Source of the DNA: Pecten maximus
Lineage: Eukaryota
Length of the DNA stretch: 64,000 nucleotides
Assembly: GCF_902652985.1 (NCBI RefSeq)
Contig: NC_047022.1
Coordinates: 29,078,001 to 29,142,000 of the forward strand
Reading direction: 5' to 3'
Within the stretch, counting starts at the first letter, position 1. Each line of letters starts with the position of its first letter. The position numbers were made by a program, and so were the translations under genes. Shown in pieces: positions 14,169 through 28,613 of this stretch. The notes under the pieces were generated by a model that searched no databases, had not been told where the DNA came from, and was given only the letters and a program-made list of their open reading frames with translations.

Positions 14169-16576
14169 ATGGCAAGCGCCTCGGACGTAGCTGCAGATCT
14201 AGAGACGATTAAGCAGAAATTTGTTGGAAAATGGAAGCTTACAAAAAGTGAAGGACTGGACGAATATCTGAAATTCTTAGGTATGATGTATACATATTGG
14301 TTTGAGATATCTCATCCTATAGTTGCCATGAGAGTAATCGGTCGGTTGTTTTAACTACATGCACACTCTATACGTATCTGTGAACGCTAATGCTATCTGT
14401 GATAGGTTCGCATTTTCTTATTCTTCAATGATATTTTACTGATCGTCAAGACAAGTCCTCTATATTGACCTCTCGGTGTACTCTGGGATTCACGCTATGC
14501 AATACACGTCAGGCTTCAGTAGCCGTGATGGTGTCAAAATAGGACCATAGAAATATACTGTGGGTATTCTACCCTCTGACTCCGATCTATGTCCATATTA
14601 ATAACAATATCCGACCACTATGTATGGTCAGATATTAGCACATGATAGATAGGGACCCATTGGAATTTTTTTGTCTATTCTTACTTATATAGTAATTTTG
14701 TGTCTCTTAAACAGTAATGATAAACAGTAATATAATCGGATCATAGTTTGTTTACACAAGTATAGGTAGGTCAGGGCAGGAACATTTCAAAATTGTTGAT
14801 ATACTATTATGTCCATTATAAACTGGGATGGCTTTTATAGAATTATTATCCAAGTCTGGGGTATGCATGTTCATGGGGTTACATTCATACCAGTTTATAT
14901 AATCAGACAGTTACATGTCGTATCCCGTATCTCCAGACGTTGATGAGCTACATCATAAAACACCAAACAGGTGTAATGCAATCGTCGATTTTCATCACGT
15001 TTGAAATCTCAGCGATCCGTTTTTATACCATTGTCCGATTTATTCCAGGATTAAACTTCGTATTCAGGAAGTTGGCCGCGGCAGCTAGTTGTACCGTGGA
15101 GATTTCTGTAGAAGAAGACAAGATCTGCTTTATTACTCATGGACCCAAGACCTCTACCGAAGTCTTCAGTCTTAACACAGAATGGGAGTTAAAGGATCCC
15201 GTAGGAAACGATATTACGGTGGGCAAACTTATCATTCCATACAATAACTTCCTCACGAAATTGCTTTGCTGGTGTCATTTTTAGATTTGAAGGCCAATGA
15301 CATTGGTAATATATGAAATAATATCTTGGGATAAAATCTAATTACTGTTTGCAAACAAGAGATAGAGTTTTTTTTTTTTTTTACATCAGACACCGAGATC
15401 GATGTTGTCATTTTTATTCTAGATTCTTAACCAATCAATCATGATATCTCGGGGAACTGAAGAACTTCGGAAATCAAAAGAGATGAGTCTGAACATTGCC
15501 GGAAAGTTTCCATTGAAATTCCCTCGTGTTATGGTATAAGATAAAATGTTAATGTGTATTTTCTTTACTGGTTTGGAGCTTTCAAATTATTTCGTTGGTA
15601 CAAACTTTCGTTGTTAGTCCCTTAGTCTCTCAACATCAACATCGAATAGTAGAACCGCGTCTTACTTTGTAAATATGTGATTTGTTCACATACATGTACA
15701 TTCATCTCAAGCTTTTAGTAAATGTAGGTTTGAAGTTGAAATTCTGGTCTTATGTCACATTATTTCAAATCGAAATTGTTAAAAGACAGTATTTATTACT
15801 AATGAGAATCTATTACTGAATCATTCATCCGTGTTACTGTATAACGTACAACGTTGGTGAGTACTTCTTTTTGTGGTTTGGAGCTTTCAAATCATTTCGT
15901 TTATGAAACCGTTCATGGTTAGTAAATACTAAAATAACCATTATATCAAAACAATTTATTACTAAACCGCAATTTGATTAAAGTACGTATTAAATGAAGA
16001 TATGAAAAACTAAATCATATCAGGTCGAGTTAAACTTCTTCTATTGCTTCTATTGACGGAAATGCTGATTCGTTTCTACACAGGCTATAGTGACTTTTGA
16101 GGGCGGCATGTTGGTTAACAACTCCAAACCAAGAGGAAACTCCAAGGCGAAGAAAACTAAAGTCACCAGGGAAATCTGTGTGGGGGCTGCAGGGAAGGTT
16201 GAGATGGTTATGGTAGGTCAAGGTCACTCAATATTAAATCAATTAATAGAAAGGACCTCTCAATATTATATACATATATTATATCTTTATTGCTTTATTT
16301 AAATTGTATTGAAAATCATGTTAATTCTTATTCTAACCAACACTGGTACTTGTATTATAATTTGATGTCTAGTTATGCACAGTGATAATTTCCTTAAATG
16401 TAAGCATTTGGTTTTCGTTTGCTATGATCCAGGTCTATCCATTTTATAGTAAATATCTAAGGCAAACATTAACATTGTGTTGATACTGTTGTGACATTGG
16501 CGATCTATTTTCTGTTACACAGACAGTGAACGCTGAGGCATTGGTGATGAAGAGGTATTTTGATAAACAACCATGA
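14169..16576 (+). CDS. FABP/iLBP-family protein, copy 2 (154 aa); exons 14169-14280, 15049-15218, 16084-16212, 16523-16576
   Basis: Same exon sizes as copy 1 (112/170/129/54 nt); FVGKWKLTKSEGLDEYLKFLG; intact frame. Confidence 0.9.
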
Positions 16577-17407
16577 TTTTGATGTACAGATGTGATTATT
16601 CCCTTTTGGATAACGGTACCGGTAGCGAAATGTAAAAGTCTTAAAGGGCGTCTAGGAACTAGTGAAGTTATCAGAAGAAATACCGCCTATTGTATAAATA
16701 TATGTACACATCTCGTAGACGGATGTTGAGTACGTGGTAGTAGTATGTAGAGATTGCATTAGAATGTTTGGTTCATGCCCGGCTTAATGATTAAAACCGC
16801 TCCACATACCTGAATCCCATTTTGTTGCGATCTGATATATCTGGTTGGTGCTGAACTTTCATCAAAATGCTACAAGCTTTGTTGTACCATGTAACCAGAT
16901 CATTGTTGAATCAACTCGACATATGCGACATAGCCGAGGATATCTCAAAAGACCTGAACTGGACACAGTGTTGCAAGTTTGTTCCCCTCTTCACATGCTA
17001 ACGCTTCTAAAATTTAAATGGGTATCAAAGAGCACTGCCTGTCGGAAATAAACGGTACTAATCCAGTTTAAGTGATTAAAAAAATCAATACGGTATGCTG
17101 TGTTGTGGGAGTGTTTTTTTCTGCTTTTTATAAGAAAGTGTTTGCAATCAATTGAATTTACTTTTATTGTTTTAAGGTCATTTACCTGTCGTGTTTCGTC
17201 CATCGTTGTCCCATTTCCGCCGTGCGTCATGCGTAAACTTTGACTTTCATAACGCAACCTGTCCTTACGGGTCGTCTATATAGGAAAATAATGTTGAATT
17301 CCAAACACGAATAAGTATATACCGTACGAAAATGGTCATGGAATATACCAACATGTTTCAATAATAATTTGTTGTGGATGCTTACAGTTCCTTCTATAAA
17401 GTTACTT

Positions 17408-17645
17408 AAGGAATGGAATTATTTTTTCAACATTCATCAGGTCATAACAACATTTGCTTCTGGACACATTGCATCAATCGCATTAGAAGACTATAACAAC
17501 ATTGGATTAATGTAAATATTACATGCATCGCGTTTATCTAACAAATACGAGGAAAAAGAAGAAATAAGACGGCGGAGAGTACTACCCGTTGTAACGCGGT
17601 CCTCGACATCATTTTTACCAATGCTTTCAAGCATACTGAATGTGA
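17408..17645 (+). repeat. Dispersed repeat, copy B
   Basis: Colinear similarity to 749-1000 and 24207-24515 (e.g. caatgctttcaagcatactgaatgt shared with copy C). Confidence 0.7.
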
Positions 17646-18769
17646 AGATTTTATGATAAGATGTAGCATGGAATAATTCCAAGTCACAAAAATAATCAAA
17701 TCTGAAAACTAGCCATGCTGGTATGCTCACAAGTGTCTATAGCACACGATGTTTGACCAGATTTGACTTTATGTACGTATAAACATTTCGTTTTTTAGGT
17801 GTAAAAAAGGTAAAAATTTAGGTCAAATTTGTCTTGGAATAGGTTTTGATGACTACACTGACAGATAGTTACCCACAGCTGACCAGAAGCACATTAATGG
17901 AAAATAGATTCTTAGTGAGATTTTACTAATGTGGTGTGAATATGAAAGTTATCATTCTCTCTGCTGCAAGAGTCTTTGTAGTTAGATAAAAGTTTTGGCC
18001 CATGAGTCTGCTGACATTCTAAATGGAACGGATATATAAACGTTCCAAGGATTTATATCAGAATAATTCGCAGTTCCCTGGATCGTTTTGGTTTATCTTT
18101 CTTGAATTTGGGTAACTTAAATTTATTTGTTTTATTATAATATATAGATGTTTCTTTTGAATGTATAAAGCAGTGTAATAGCGTGAAATCGAATTGATAG
18201 GTTAGATTCACATAACATAAACAAGTAGAATATTGATGTAAGCGAACTGTTGTCAGAAGCAAGTTGTACATGTTTATGATATGGAGACCATTTTGGTGAC
18301 AGATTAATAGTTATTTCGCCCAGAAAGACGATATTTTGGTGATATGTCATAAAATTGCTGTGTAAAAAGCTTAAATGAAATTTGTCATGCAAAATTTGTT
18401 TTACTTGTCCTATATATTATGTATTACAATTTACAATTTTTATTTATTCCGTGTGCATCAGCATATGGGATTAGAATATACATACATATTATAACATATT
18501 TCATTATACAAGATGGTGGAGAACACAGCCAGCATAATTCAAAACATAATTAAAATACAGCTCAATGCGTCATAACAATATGACGTCATCGTGGAAAAAA
18601 CAAACAAAAAACAATAGTATACAAACAAACAATGAGTAACATATAAAAAGATGGTTTTGGAAAGTATAGCGGAAAATATGTCCTCTTAATATTTATGATC
18701 AAAGATACCAAAGAAACTGTTCGTATTTTATCTTGAGCTACATCAGCTATTCACAAGCATCCTGAACTT

Positions 18770-20760
18770 GTAAACAACAAACCAAACAATACATAACGTT
18801 ATAAAGATGATAAATATGAACAAAATCTATGTAAAAGTAACCCTCTCTTAGCCGTAGCATGAATTGTATATCTTCCAAAATTTCTTAAAGTTTTAATAAT
18901 GTTGTTAGAGAACAGTTCCGTAATTTTGAAAATGAGTTTCATCTTCAATTCTATTTCTTTCACAAAGAGTACATAGCTTTTCAGACCTAGGGATACTATT
19001 GTATGTGCACTCAACCTATATTTAGCTGATATTTGTTTTATATTCAATGTCAGTGGCTTGCTTAGAAAGACCTGTGTAACAAACTGGTCAACAATATGTT
19101 TATATATAATACACCTTGAAGAGTTTTCCATATTATTTCTCAATTCTTGCATAAAAATGTCATGTATCCGTTGTTTATAAAGCAACAAAAATATTTTCTA
19201 TTGAACATATGCTGTGCCAACCATACATCACCGAATCCCGATGAACACAAAATCATGTTTCAAATGAAAAATGCAGTTACAATTCGGGGTTTTTAGCAGT
19301 TCTACTAATTCATTATAACAGGCCCTTAATATTCAATTATCGGTCTTCAACCATTTTAACCAGTATTTAACAATAGAAACTTTACGTTGTACATAATATG
19401 GAAAACGACCAAGTTCAAAAAAAAAACGTAGAAGTATGAACGTTTTTTTCGCACCCAAAACATATATCAAAAACGACAAATGTAGCTTCTCAATATGTGA
19501 CGCGTTGTTGAAGTTCAAGACCTCACAACCATAATTTAAAATGCATGATATGTAAGTATCAAATATAATAATTTAGTATTTTCATTTAATATAAACTTCT
19601 TTACCTTACGATTGAGGAGATAATAAACCTCTCTGCCTTGTTACTCTGTGCCACTGTAAAGTTCCCGTTATAATTAAAAACCAAACATAACTAACACGAC
19701 TTATCTACCACCTTTTTAACTTTTCCTCCACATCTCCACTGTTCATTTGATAACAGTCGCTTATTTTTTTCTAAAATCACTATTTTCATTTTATCTACAT
19801 TTACAGTCAAATTCCAACGCTCCGAATACCTCTTAAAAAGTCAAGCATATTTTGGAGGTCAAAATTATCTTCAGAAAATAACATAGTATCATCTGCATAC
19901 ACAATTAAGAACATGTATGTATTAATTTGTTGAATATGATAACTTTGGCAATTATATTCAAATTATTCTGATCCCATGTCATTGACAAATAAAGAGAACA
20001 AAATCGGCGACAAAGATTCCCCTTGGAATAAAACGACCTGTAAGCCGAACATAGGGGACAATTTACCATGCAGTCTTACACAAGACTTGACACTTTCATA
20101 TAAAGACGTAATAACATTCAGCAAACGTCCCCTTACACATGATTTCCATAGTTTAGACCATAACGTATCTTGCGATATACTATCAAACGCTGTTCTATAG
20201 TCGACAAATACACAGTAAAGTCTTTTGTTGCTTTGAAAAGATCAAACTATTAAAACAAAAATTGCGTCTCGGGTACTGCTTTCCGGCTTAAAGTTAAACT
20301 GAGCGTCATACACAACACCATCGCTCTTACTCCATTTAAGCAGACGTTTATTCAGAAGGGAGGTTAGCAACCTAGCTATATGACTTAATAATGCAATGCC
20401 CCTATAAAAATTAACATCATGTTATCACCTTTCTTGTGCAAAGGAATGATAACTCCTTTCAACCTAACTTTCGGAAAATATCCTTCATGAAATATGGCGT
20501 TGAATGATTTTAATAGAAATTTTTCAAACATTTCACTGTATTTTATAAAATATTCATTAAGTACCCCATCTAATCCCGACAACTTACTCCTAGATAATTA
20601 CTTAATTGAAGTTAACAACTCATCGAGACTGAAATCGTTATCAAGCTCAGAGTAGATACATTCGTTATCTGTTACATGCTCTGTATTTCCAGGGGAAGAA
20701 AAACTGAAACATTAAAAATATCTTTGAAATGTTCGTAAAACCAATTTAAGGATAAACATC
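18770..20760 (-). mobile_element. Degenerate, 5'-truncated non-LTR retrotransposon (RT domain and C-terminus; possibly RTE-X-like)
   Basis: Minus-strand fragments GLDGVLNE..GYFP..GVIIPLHKKGD, YRGIALL, CVFVDYRTAFDSI, LFQGESLSPILFSLFVND, VYADDT (~19885-19902), ELGRFP and KYRLSAH, broken by frameshifts and stops. Confidence 0.85.
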
Positions 20761-21138
20761 AAACGTTCTGAGTCTTCAGCTTAGAATTTTCTTTAAAATG
20801 ATTTTGGATCGTTTTACATGTCACCCTCCATATGAAGATAATTACGTTTCAGCATTGCTCATACATCGTGTACTTTTCTTATGACGAACTAAAACCTCTC
20901 TATTACCTGAGAATCTACATGTACATCTATTTTAAGAAAACAGAGCTTTTCTATACACTTTCTGTAAACGTTTTCATTCACTACCCTTGTATGCTACCCT
21001 TTTCAACACTAAATATCATTTAACAGACATAGCATTCGTGTAGCTTCTTTGTGTCCGCTCCAATCTTCTGAACTGGAACTGGAACGAAAGGTTACTAGAT
21101 ACATAGACACATCATTGTAACTGGACTCGCGTGGACAC

Positions 21139-21146
21139 TATAAATA
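21139..21146 (+). promoter_or_regulatory. TATA box of FABP copy 3
   Basis: TATAAATA about 70 nt upstream of the ATG; copy 1 has TATAAG at a similar distance (~7687). Confidence 0.5.
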
Positions 21147-21671
21147 GAAACATCATACAACAGCCTACGGCACAAATTCGATTTCGTATTCAGGTATATA
21201 GGAAGAAAGTATGGCTGACGCCTCGGACGTAGTTGCTGATCTAGAGACGATTAAACAGACATTTGTTGGAAAATGGAAGCTTACGAAGAGTGAAGGACTG
21301 GACGATTATCTGAAATTCTTAGGTATGATGTATGAACGTAGGTATGGATATATTGTATCACATAGATACCATGGGAGGAATATGTTGGTTGTATATACCT
21401 GAGGTTGTATCATAACTTATCTGACATAAGCTGTTAGCATGTTCTATAGGTATTTATGTGAACGCTAATCTCTATCACATTTTCGTGTAGGGATTTATCT
21501 TCATTACTGTTCATAATTTCGTGTAGAGATTTATCTTTTCATTACTGTTCAGAATTTGTAAATATATATACTGATCGTTCAGAACCACAAATTGTCCTCA
21601 ATATTGACCTACAGTGGTGAACTTTCCGATTGCTCCTGTGTATTAGAATACACATCATGCTTGAGTAGCTT

Positions 21672-22006
21672 TATTCCATGCAGCTTTGGTGTCAGAAAAT
21701 AGGACGCCACGTGTGTGTGTATATTATTGGTATTCTCCCTTCCGATGAATGAGATTGGATGTAAGGTTAATATTGAGATCGAATCCTGATCTAAGTCCAT
21801 ATAATTTACAATACACAGTTCGACAGATACACATGGTTTATCCGTGCAGCTTTGGTGTCAGAAAATAGGACGCCACGCGTGTGTATATAGTATTGGTATT
21901 CTCCCCTCCGATGAATGGGATTGGATGTAAGGTTAATATTGAGATCGAATCCTGATCTAAGTCCATATAATTTACAATACACAGTTCGACAGATACACAT
22001 GGTTTA
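21672..22006. repeat. 166-bp direct tandem duplication in FABP copy 3 intron 1
   Basis: gcagctttggtgtcagaaaataggacgcc at 21680 and 21846, near identical through gatacacatggttta. Confidence 0.85.
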
Positions 22007-24206
22007 CAATGAGCTGAGGACATTTTAAATATATATTCGATTGTCAATTTCGATTTCAAAATGAGGTATAGTTTCTAACATTTGAGAGACTACTAAAATT
22101 CTCACAGATAAAGGTTCTAGATAACATCTATCAATTTAAACTACCACTGATTTTTTTTCACAAAACAAAAACAACAACAAACAAACAAAGGTTGGTAAGT
22201 ATAAGAATAGACTGTTATATTGTAACTTGTATTTTAAGCGTGACCTTCCGGTTTCCATATCCCGTCACCTTCATCAGGCAAATGACCAGTAAGACGATGC
22301 ACATTCAGGTGTTAATTATACGCTATTTCAATACAAAATCGACCGATTCTTCGTCTACGTTATGTTCGCTATGAATCGGTCATATAAATAGCATATCAAT
22401 TATACTTTCACAAGGCTATAGACCACTATTCTAGTGCAATTAACATAAATACTTGATCAATTAACAGTGTGTATTATGGCTAACCATGGGCCTTTCTGTT
22501 GACATGTAATTGGTTAAGTTTGTAAATTTCGGCATATCATTAAAAATGCATGTATCAAGAGAACATAAGCAGTCACCAGTATTACACAAAAAAACATGCT
22601 ATGTTCACAAGTTTATATAGCAAGTATACAGGGCATTCATTTGACCGGATTGTACTCTATTGATAGCAGAAACATTGGTTCTGTTTTGACCTTGAAATGC
22701 AAATGTCGATTGTGAATTTTAACACAAATATGACTTATAGAGAGGTATTTCAATTGATAAAATAATATTATCATATACTAACAAAGTACTTTTTTTTTGT
22801 ATCTCAACATAGTAAGAAGATTTTTTTTGAGACAATTAGATTGTGGAGGGTTTGTTTTCCAGAAATGTGCATGTTTACCTAAAACGAGTTGAGTTATTTT
22901 TCCTAAAAACAGTCTTCTTGCCACGTTCAAGGTTCTTAATAGTGTCTAATGAGGACATTTTTGATGACTGAAATGTCCCCCCCCCCCCCCCCCTCATTTG
23001 CATTTAAAGGTGAAAAGACATCCAATGTTTATACTTTCATAAGGTCAAATCCGTTAAAAGAAATGTCCCAATTGCGTGCTAATCTATAGATAAAGATTCC
23101 AACTATAAGAACACAGGGAGTTCTGTGACCTCAGTTTCCTGGAGAATGCAAACCAGCACTGATAGGGATAGGAGGTTATTAGATGTTGCAGTTGGCTTGC
23201 CCAACAACCACGGCAAAACAGGACGAACCATGATGCAAGCTTCCTGAGAAACGTAAACCGCCTCGTTGGGGATAGGAATTTGAGGTTTGCAATAGCCTGA
23301 ACCGGGTAATATTTCAGAGACTACTCAGCATTTTTTTTAAAGTCTAACCCCGGACAAGATGGTGATTTATTATTTTGTTACATTCTACCTAATATGGCAA
23401 AAGAAGGTGGCATGATTCTGTAAGTATATAAGCACCCTAATAAATCGCGGTTAAGTGTTAATAATTACGTAGTACATATATAGTCAGAGGCCATCAGCAG
23501 AATTAGGGCCGGAAATCTTTCACATGTCCCTGTCCAGATACTTTATGATAGTTTGATTGTTTCAGGATTCAATTTCGTTGTCCGGAAGCTTGCGGCGACG
23601 GCTAGTTCGACTATGGAAATATCCGTGGAAGGGGACAAGATCCACTTAACAACCAGTGGGCCCAAAAGTCTACACACAAATCATGTAACCTCAATACGGA
23701 GTTCGAGGACTCTGACCCGTTTGACAATGTTGTAACGGTACGATAGAAAAGTTGTATGTTGAAACGAAACGACGGTCACTTTCGCTCTCGATACCCCTGA
23801 GATATTTAACGGCAAAATCGAATGCACACGACTAGCTATTCGATTGGTATCAGGAAATATCCTGACAAATAGCAGAGCTGATGCATTTCTTTTGGAGATG
23901 ACGGGGGTGACATTGAAGTTCAAACTAGTCAATTTAACGGTAATGGAAGCTCGAGATCACAAGATCAAACAAGTCTTCTTGTGTTAAGCCTAACTGGCTA
24001 CTGAGCCTTCGTGTTTGCCATGACATAGTCCAGGGTCGTAGCGAGCGAAAGTGAACGTAACCCGTGGAATATCGAGGATCGATTTCGACCTCAAATATGA
24101 TATAACCTGTCCTTAAATATATTTAAGATATCAATATCATAGATACATTTACCAATTCATCTATTGTCTTACTACTGACACTGTAATGTTGGTTTCTGAT
24201 TCAATT

Positions 24207-24515
24207 AAGGAATGAATTTTTTTTTTTTTAACTTCCATGAGGTCATAACAACATAGGCTTCTGGACATATTCCATGAATCGCGTTGGGTTATTTTGATGC
24301 CGTAAACATTTAGGAGACCGTGACAACATTGGATTTATGTAAATATAACATGGATCGTGTTCATTTAAAAGAACAGGAGAAAAAAAAATCCGACGGCGGA
24401 GAATACTACCTGCGGTAGCACGGTTCCCGGCATTACTACACACTGTGATGAGGCCAATGTTGTTATGAAAAATGAATACAATTTTCGTCAATGCTTTCAA
24501 GCATACTGAATGTAA
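24207..24515 (+). repeat. Dispersed repeat, copy C (FABP copy 3 intron 2)
   Basis: Colinear similarity to copies A and B. Confidence 0.7.
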
Positions 24516-26559
24516 ATATTGTGCAATAATGACATATCCACCATTACAGGCTATAGTGACATTTGAATATGGTAGACTGATAACCAACTCCACGCCGAAA
24601 GGAAACTCCAAGGCCAAAGCTACAAAGGTCATCCGAGAAATCAGCAAACAGTCTGACGGCAAGGATGAGATGATTATGGTAGGTCAAGGTCACGTGTTAA
24701 TATTTAAGATTAATAAAAATATATATGCCAAACCACACGTGATTTGATGAAATCTGCATTTTATTCTTTTTCAACAGCGCGTGCACTTATTAGTTAGTAG
24801 TTTCTTACAAATGCGTTCGCTTCAAAATGTTAACTTTGACCTTTCTTCTGCTAAAATTCACGAGACATACATGTACTTCGATATCGTTTATCGTAAGCTT
24901 TTGTATTCAAACTAGAATCTGGTGATTTTATCTGTTTTAAAACTGTGAATATTATTTTTCTACTAAACAGACAGTGAGTGCTGGGACGGTGGTGATGAAG
25001 AGGTTTTTCATGAGACAATGATGTATGGCGACCCAGATGTACGATACCCCTTTGTCGGAAGCGCCTTCAAGTAGCAGATCAAGGAAATCAAAGACTTGAA
25101 TCTGAATGGCTGACGTGTTACCATTGTATTGTGCGATATTTTGTTGAGACGAGACTCCGTAGACGGAGTAGAATGATATGAACAATTTTGTCTTTAAACG
25201 ACATGGTCAATCGGGAAAAAACACCACTTGTTTAATATTGACCTTTCTCAACCTGCCGTGATCAAAACATTCCTTAATACGTTTTATAAATTATACTTTG
25301 ATCATAATTTGGTGATAATTTTCTGTACGTGATAAAAACCAGAGAAATGTATTGTGGCCTCCTAGTAGGTATACTACATTGTTACTTTAGTTTTATATTC
25401 CCACTGTTACATTCACTTCGGAAATACAAAATATAATCAGAGAGTGCCGCTTAGCGGAGAGAAATGGTACCTATAAGCAAGTAATCTACATGTAATTCAC
25501 TATTACACATTATAGTGACAAATGACTTCGGACAGTCAGTTTGACATACTGCCCAGATATATATATAATGTCTTTAACTCTTACTGCCCTTTATGACGAT
25601 GTTTTCATTCAAGGTGCATATTATTTTTTTTTTTACTTTATTTTCGTTTTTATTAAAAGGATTTATTTATAGAAAAAGTCAAAAAGTTAATATTCGTTCT
25701 AAAGTGTATTTTATGATTTTTTTAGTTTCGTGGTCATATAGTATATACTCTGATTTACAATATATGTTCTGTTACTTTGTAGTCACGTGGACCATATTCT
25801 TATTCCTGTTAGATTCGTAGAACGCGGACCATCATCAGTTTTCAAACTGTTTCTTTCATCACCAGGAGGGGAGGCAACTGGTCAAACTTATTACAAAGAG
25901 TTGTCCTTCTTTACATTGACGAAGTCTTATCGAGGGCAAAGACAAATGTGTTTTACTTCTTCCTACCAAAGAAGTTCCGACAACATTTAGGGTCATTTGA
26001 TCAGTTTGATGACATGAAATTCGTGTTTGTAGCATACACCTTCATTAATGTTAAACCATGTTTCTTGTTTCTATTAGAATATATGGTTATTTTGTTACTT
26101 TTATATTTTCAAACAAGATTTCATCTTTTTTTTTTAAACTTGAAACATATGTATACGCTGTCTTCCAAACAGTTACAGATTTACAGGACAAGGTTTTATC
26201 AGTAAAAGTAAAACCTGTTCATCTACCATGTAATAAATATTGTACAATTGTATTATGTTGTTGTTTTGATATCTTGTGTGGGTAGATGAAGACGATGGGA
26301 ACGTTTTACGGTCGACATGATCTTACTCAGATTTGACCTAGATTTGAATGTCGGGTGTCGTCGCTGAAGGAGAAGACGCTTATTCTTTCGCTACACCTGG
26401 TCTTATTATCCGTGTCAACCTTTATTTACTTTGATATGTCGAACTCTGATGATTGGAAGACCTTTCCTAACTCCAACGTAAAAATATAGTTCCGTGAGTT
26501 AAAATCTATAAAAAAAACATAACTCGATTACCTCCAATGATCGGATACCTCAAAGTATT

Positions 26560-27765
26560 ATATATTATATAAATGAGGCTGGTCTGACCCCTGGGGCCAG
26601 AGGGGCGGGGCCCCAACAAGGGAAACTTTGGTGAATTCTTGCTTAGAAACCCTACTCCATCTTAACCCTTGGGTGAATTACAACCAATTTGGTGTGAAAC
26701 ATCATTGGAGGAGGGCGATCATATTTTATATGAATGAGGCTGGTATGAACCCTAGGGCCAGAGGGGCGGGGCTCCAAAAAGGGAAACTTTGGTGAATTTT
26801 TGCTTTAAAACCCTACTCCGTCTTAACCTTTGGGTGGATGGCAACCAAATTTGGTGTGAAACATCATTGGAGGAGGGCATTATATTTTATATGAATGAGG
26901 CTGGTATGAACCCTAGGGTCAGAGGGGCAAGGCCCAAAAAGGGAAACTTTGGTGATTTTTTGCTTTAAATCCTACTTCTCCTTAACCCTTCGGTGGATTA
27001 CAACTAAATTTGGTGTGAAATATCATTTGGGGAGGGCAATCATATTTTATATAAATGAGGCAGGTCTGATCCCTTTGGCCACAGTGGAAGGGCCCCGAAG
27101 GGGGAACTTTGGTGAATAATTGCTTTAAAACCCTACTCCTCTTTAACCCTTAGTTGGATTACATCCAAATTTGGTTTGAAACATTATAAGGGGACGGTTA
27201 TCACAATTTGTATAAATGAGGCTTGTGTGGCCACTGGGGACAGAGGGGCGAGGCCCCAAAAGGAGAACTTAGCAAAACTTGTTTTAAAATCGTACTCCTT
27301 CTTAATGCCTTTATTGATTACAACCAAATTTGGTTTGAAACATCTTAAGGGAACAGCAATCATAATTTATATAAATGAGACAGGTCTGAGCCCTGGGGAA
27401 AGAAGGATGGGGCGCCCAAAAGGATCACTAAGGTTAAATATTGCTTTAAAATGCTACTCCTCTTGTAATACCTTAATTGATTACAACAATATTTAGTATG
27501 AAACATCATTGAGGAGAGGAAATCCCTAATTGATATAAATGAGGCCTGTCCCACCTATTGGGACAGAGGGGCATGTCCCAAAAATGGGAAATTTTGCTCT
27601 AAGATGCTGCTCCTCCTTTAAGCCAAAATGGATAAAAACCAGATTTGATCCGAAACATAACTGGCTGCATATAAATAATTTATGGTAATGATGCTGGATT
27701 GAGGGGGGGTGTCCCTGCTGTAAGTGTTTGTCAGATGACCGTTAAGGCCCATGGGCCTCTTGTTA
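26560..27765 (+). mobile_element. Helentron/HINE-like element carrying ~7 copies of a ~161-bp satellite
   Basis: Units begin aatgaggc at ~26572, 26733, 26894, 27054, 27216, 27374 and 27538. The element ends in the hairpin aaggcccatgggcctcttgtt, which resembles ends of bivalve non-autonomous Helitron/Helentron elements. Confidence 0.65.
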
Positions 27766-28613
27766 TCCTTACGTGATGTTTCTCTCTCAATGTTTTATCT
27801 ATGTATTTAGCTACCATGTTATTATTATCACGGCATGGTTCTTATCGATGTCTGGTATAACTGTAGTGGAATCGGTAGAGATCTTCGTTTACATGTATAT
27901 AGCATGTGCTGGGTCACGGAATGTGACGTCAGCATGGACTATTAGCTATACGTGTGTATACAATGTAAGCGGTATGAACGGTAATCTGGAAATATCTCAC
28001 AGTCTATTCAATACATATTTTAAATAATTACGTCTTACATAATTAATGTTCACTGCCTGATCTGCAGATTGTGCATTTACATTATAGTATACTAGTTGTA
28101 CGTGGACTTTACCCTGGAGGAAAATCGTTTCTATTGTTGAGACTATGCCACCAGAATATGTACAAAACGAGAGACATTTTGCAGAAGGGAGAGTCGAAAA
28201 CACAGCAAACATAAGTCTGTATGTAACGCTAGCCTGACTACGATCTATGTAAGCACAAGTTAAGTGCCTACAGGTGAGACATCTAATAACTCGATCTTTT
28301 AAAAAACAAAACAAATTCCCTGCGCCCAAAACGAGAGAATATAAATAATTACCTACAAATCTGATATGTTTTATATGTATTTTATAAACACATGTTCCAT
28401 TATAACAGTCTTTCAGCTTACCACTAAATGACCTTACAGACCTTAGTCAATTAATATCATCATCAGTACAGTCAAATCAGGATTGTCTGAAGATTTCATT
28501 GTTGAACATTTCAAAATAACGAGAACAATAAACCTTACAGATGTCTCCAATTTAATACACGATTTAGCTTTCAACGTTACACAATGATGAGAGCTTAATA
28601 AATAATTCCCTTC

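Larger units (their letters stand above)
21211..25021 (+). pseudogene. FABP/iLBP copy 3 with an exon 2 frameshift; exons 21211-21322, 23566-23737, 24550-24678, 24971-25021
   Basis: Exon 2 is 172 nt versus 170 nt in the other three copies. The frame shifts near 23664-23686, giving TAA at 23733-23735, while the homologous NLNTEFEDSDPFDNVVT continues in another frame. The other exons are intact, so a consensus error is possible. Confidence 0.7.

Noticed and set aside
26350-26405. Short motif with an inverted counterpart at ~29928-29955 (gaccaggtg..gagagtaagc) as the ends of one large element
   Set aside because: Similarity is short and loose with no target duplication seen; more likely independent fragments of a common repeat
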